Of a stretch of DNA of 64,000 nucleotides, positions 59,501 through 64,000 are shown piece by piece. The first letter of the stretch is position 1, and the number at the start of each line of letters is the position of its first letter. The position numbers were made by a program, and so were the translations under genes. The stretch is taken from NCBI GenBank assembly GCA_964252035.1, contig OZ176203.1; one strand, given 5' to 3'. The stretch is from Podarcis erhardii (Eukaryota). Below the pieces are notes generated by a model. It saw only the letters and a list, made by a program, of their open reading frames with translations, searched no databases and was not told the origin of the DNA.

Positions 59501-62378
59501 TAGTTAATGTATTTTGTGGTGAGATGCGTAAGTTTCAGAAGCACAAGGCAATTCATGGATCACCACTCTGCACATTAATTGAAAGGGTGAAAAGAAAGTG
59601 TGCAAATGCACACTTACCACCTCCCCCGCTCTTTGCTGACATTTCCTTGTGAGTGATGAGGCTGCCCTACAAATAGAAGAACCAAAGCAATACAAATATC
59701 CCAGGAGTACAGCACATGCATTTCCCACTGCCATGCACAATGGGCACCTACTCTCTTTCTGACATCATACAAAGGAAGCTTGTAGATGAAGATGACAGGG
59801 AAGTACACATATATTGATGGCACAGCATTCTAATTCACTAGAATTAGTAGATAAGCAAAATAAAATAAAATAAAAACAGGTGGTTTTTTTGTAGGGAACT
59901 ACCCACTTGCTCCAGCATTCCTCTCTGACAAAGGTAGATTACTGTTTAATGTTTATTTTTTTAAAAATATAAGGTATCTGAAATTAAATGAGATAAATTT
60001 TCAACAGAATATCTGCTATGGACCCAAACAGGCATTTTTCTACTCCCAATTCATTATTATGAGCTTTCTTCATAGGTAAGAAAGCTGATCTAATCTTAAA
60101 ACTTGACTATGAAACTGATGCACCAGTGTCACCCAGTCCAATAGAGTAACACATTTCTTTTTAATGCTGCACTGGAGTACTGCATCTCTGCACTTGAGAA
60201 CTATTGTGCAGGAAGTCTATACTGGAACACACATTCTGTGTGCCAGTAACTGTTTTTCATTCTGGAACTGAATATTAAGGCTGTGATCCTTTGTTCAGTT
60301 ACGAGTTAATTAAGCTTAGGGCTGATTAGGTTCAGTCCAAGAAAGAAAACCCCAATATTTTCCTCCATGCTGCAGATGTAACATTAGGAGCAATACATGG
60401 GGTTCTATTGGATTTTTTAAACAAAAAATCAGAGTACTTTGGCAACAACTGCAGTGGCAGGAAAAAAACAGAAAAGGGAAAAGGAAGGTGGGGTGGGGGA
60501 CACACAGAAGCTCCTCCTCAAATATATGGAAACCTAAAGCAGATGCCACCTATGCAATTTCATACAAATATGAGAGCAAAAAAATGCATTAAATATGAAA
60601 TAGACTGTTTTTCGTAAGCTAAGCAGTCCAGATCCTGGGCTACATTCACCAATGCCAAGCTCAACGTGGCACTGCAGATTTTGGATAATCTCCAACATAA
60701 AGAGTATATACCTACTAGAATAACTTGGCTCCATTGATTTCAATGGGTCTACCTTGGTGATCACCCGCTTCCTCAAACTCTATGCAGCTTTTCAATGCAA
60801 TATTGCCTGTGTGACTGCGTCAAAACCTTCCAGTGAATCTGCATGTTCCTTAAACTGCTTATTCTGCTCTCTTATCTGTTTTAGTCCAAGAAAAGAGGGG
60901 AAAGTATGGGGAAAGAAATGGATCCATCATCTGACTCCAACCAGATGTCTATGGTGATGTTTCCTATTCTTTTCTATTTGATTTGGGCTTTGGATGTTAA
61001 TTAATAATATTTTTTAAAAAATAGGCCAGAAATAAAAAGCTACTTTGCTTCCTTTGCAATTCCACCAAGAAAAAGTAAAATGTCTGGGGCATGATGCTTT
61101 TAAAAGTTATGCATTTAAAAACTCAATCAATAGAAAAGACAGTTATGGTAAACTCTCCCATTCTAATCAATGGGAACCAAAAGTGCTTAACTGTGGTAGG
61201 ATCAGGAATTGCTGTTAGCTAATGCATGAAGAAATATTTTAGTCATGAATTACAAATTCCTATTAATGCTTTGCTCCTTGGAAAACATTTCATAAAGAAA
61301 AAGACAACAGACAGTGAAGCAAAAGGTATCATCAGTAACTCTAGGAATTCGTATTACATAAACCTAAACTGTGCAAAGTTCAAAAACATGAGATATTCAC
61401 GTAGATTAGGGAAAAAAAAACCCAACCACCTATTTGAGCCAGCTTTGAAATTAAATAGGGAGCAATGGAAATGCACATTAGACAACTTATATTTATATCC
61501 ATTATTTGCAAAACATTGCCATCTACAGGCAGCTGACTGCGTAACTTTACTCTTACAGTCCTGCAGCTTTCCTCTGATCTGTAGTATAATTAGGGATGTG
61601 GGAAAATTGCTCCTTTAATTCTGTGGAGTATGTCATATACTCTTGCTTTCAGGACTGTGTAAGCTAAAGGGATGCTCAGCAGAATGAGCATCCAACAGTA
61701 GATGCTACCCTTGCCTTTCAATGGGATGCACATCTACATCCTTTCAACCCTCAATAGCTATGCAAGAGTTTGCACATCCAGCCACCAGTTAAAACTTCTC
61801 CATCCAACAGAATGTAAATCACATAGAATGAGACAGAATGTGGGTTCAGGATAATAGCGGAAACCAGAAAAACGGAAACAGTAGCACTGGAAATCAAGCT
61901 TGCAGGATTGCTTTGGCATCCCTAAGTATAGCTATGCTGGAGATAAATTTATGCTGAAAATACGGGGCACGCATATTGGGCATATATGAATACATGTTAA
62001 AGCCAGAAATTAGACTATTGAGTTTGACCATGCCTAATTTCATCATTTGCAATTATCAGGTAATGCAGGAGGATGAAAAGCGAGCAAAGGAATTTTTCTA
62101 CAATAATGATTTAGCACTGGACTGTACAAACTCAGCAACATGGCACCTTTCTGCCATTTCCCCCCACTCAAGGAGCTCAACAACATTTTAGATCCAAACT
62201 CTTGTAATACTAGAGTCACCAACAATTTGTTGCACACCGTTGCGTTTTGCAATAGATTGTCATTTTACAATACAAAAACCATTACGTAACATTGCATGTG
62301 CATGAATATAAAAATAAACCACGTCACTGCTATGCAACTGTTAATACTCCACACTTAGAACCAAGTGGCCTCCTCCAC

Positions 62379-62876
62379 TCAGTGGTCTTCAGACTTGAGA
62401 AGCTGGTGTGAATACCCATCAGGCAAGTAGGTTTTTCTTAGCTGGTCTGCCTTGGGTATGGAGTTCCCATTCTTCACATGGCGAGAGAGGAAAGCTCGCA
62501 CAGCTGGGTGATCAGCCTTCTCGAGGGGAATGCTAGCTTCCAGAAACATTTTTACAAAGTCCTGGACGACACCGGGCTTCTCTGGCGGGGCTGCGCTGTT
62601 GCACTGCAAAGAGGCAGTCAGAGTTCGCGGTTTCTTCCTGACAGTTTGCTCCTCAAACTCCCCCTTGCGTTTGGTGTGCGTTTTGGATTTGAGATGGTCA
62701 TTGATGGCCGACTTGCGAACATGATTCAGGACCACATTGCAGAATGTGCAGTACAGTTTCCCCCCGTCTTCATACAGTTCGCTGCCAAATTCAGTAACGC
62801 GATCCTGAGGAGTCACATACAAAGCGGTTTTAGAACGGCTCCGGGAGGGAGGTGGCTTCACGTCAAATCGTTCCAT
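62379..62876 (-). CDS. CGGBP1: CGG triplet repeat-binding protein 1 (165 aa, single coding exon)
   Basis: MERF...RSKTALYVTP.DRVTEFG.EL.EDGGKL.CT.CNVVLNHVRKSAI.DHLKSKTH matches CGGBP1 with its C2H2/BED-type finger; acceptor ttgttttaag| at 62897 leaves 21 nt of 5'UTR. Confidence 0.98.
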   Translation of the reverse strand: MERFDVKPPPSRSRSKTALYVTPQDRVTEFGSELYEDGGKLYCTFCNVVLNHVRKSAINDHLKSKTHTKRKGEFEEQTVRKKPRTLTASLQCNSAAPPEKPGVVQDFVKMFLEASIPLEKADHPAVRAFLSRHVKNGNSIPKADQLRKTYLPDGYSHQLLKSEDH

Positions 62877-64000
62877 TGCAGTCTTCAGTAAACTGATCTT
62901 AAAACAAACAAAAAAACAAGATAGAGTATTACATTTATGTTCACTCTGTGCAGTCTCCAGTAAACAGCGGGATTTGTTTACTTGGGTATAGCTGAATACC
63001 AGAATGTTCAGTCACTAAAACGTTCCTACACCAAGAGATACAAATGCCGATTTCTCTACTAGTTGACTGCAGGCAAAAATGTACTCTGTACAAGATGATT
63101 ATACCATGCTGTGACATTTGTGAACAACAGCAAAATTATTATGGGAAAGTTGTTTTAAAGAAAATGGGCTGTATGCATCTAAATAGTTCCACTAGCGCAC
63201 TGACTTTTAGCTACACAACAGAACTTCCCAGTCTCCTCTCCCTGTGCTCCTCCTAAATCTGTTTCAGGTTTTCCAACCCTCCGGAGCAGAATTATAGGGT
63301 GAACAGGAAGAGGAGAGGGCAGAGAAATTACATTGCACAGCCAGACGTCTTGCACTAAAGGGCCTATTTAGCTGGATACTGCCCAATGTTTATGTTAGAG
63401 ACAGACATGTGTAAGTCACATGTTGGCCCCTGGCACTGATGACTGGCCCAAGGTTCTTGTTAAAATAGAGTTTTCATGATTTTTTAAAATAGGCTTGGGA
63501 GATGTAGCATATCAATTAAAAGCATATAAATTATAATTTTTTGTAACAAACATTACTGCAATGTACAGTAATTTGCAGCTATCTTGTCCATGAATATGAT
63601 GCATACTTCCATTATTTGTAGCTAAAGTTATGAACATCAGCTGCAATTCCCAGTGAAAAACGTACTTCCATGGTGTTATCACTGCTCTATCAGGTGCTCC
63701 AGTTCCACACACGGCTCAGGTTTGTTACGGAGAGGCTAACTTTCACAGAATTATAACTGGGAACCTAAACTAACTGAAGAAGCTTAAATCCAACTCCTGC
63801 TTCCATCTGCAGTTGAGAAAGAAAAGGGCATGTCACAGTACTTTAAAACATTTGAATGAAATGGCTTGCATAGCATTTTACTTCCACCAGCATGACACTT
63901 TTAGATATCTCTAACACTTATGGTCGCAGTTCAAACTTTTTTTTTTTTAATATTGCTGGCCTTATGGTTGTTGTATTGATTTGTATATTTGAATATACCA

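Noticed and set aside
62478-62891. 137-aa plus-strand ORF
   Set aside because: Antisense shadow of the CGGBP1 CDS.
1-64000. CRISPR arrays, rRNA or prokaryotic systems
   Set aside because: None seen; intron/exon genes and vertebrate retroelements show this is eukaryotic DNA.

Overview
Vertebrate genomic DNA, almost certainly a squamate (probably lacertid) lizard, judged from Sauria/Squam-type SINEs, Penelope, L1, L2, CR1 and hAT/mariner MITE content. Gene order: the 3' end of an unidentified single-pass membrane gene (+, TM exon 297-448, probable last exon 1388-1492); CD200 (+, 5 coding exons 10207-25550, 259 aa, tail cut short by a stop); BTLA (-, 5 coding exons 55322-43988, about 296 aa, ITIM and ITSM intact); CGGBP1 (-, single coding exon 62876-62379, 165 aa). 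The most unusual structure is in CD200 intron 1. A young Penelope element (16195-20809, 12-bp TSD) carries two insertions 10 bp apart. One is a 1.24-kb hAT element that has captured what looks like the CENPW promoter (GC box, CCAAT, CRE, CDE/CHR) and its first 21 codons, followed by a GT donor in frame with CD200 exon 2. The other is a 1.84-kb, TSD-flanked, polyA-tailed L1-like element with one short ORF and no RT (half-L1-like). Elsewhere, an RPS3A retrocopy tail is nested in an L1 fragment. There are two assembly gaps. Gene and family names come from recalled homology, not database searches, and need BLAST/Dfam confirmation.
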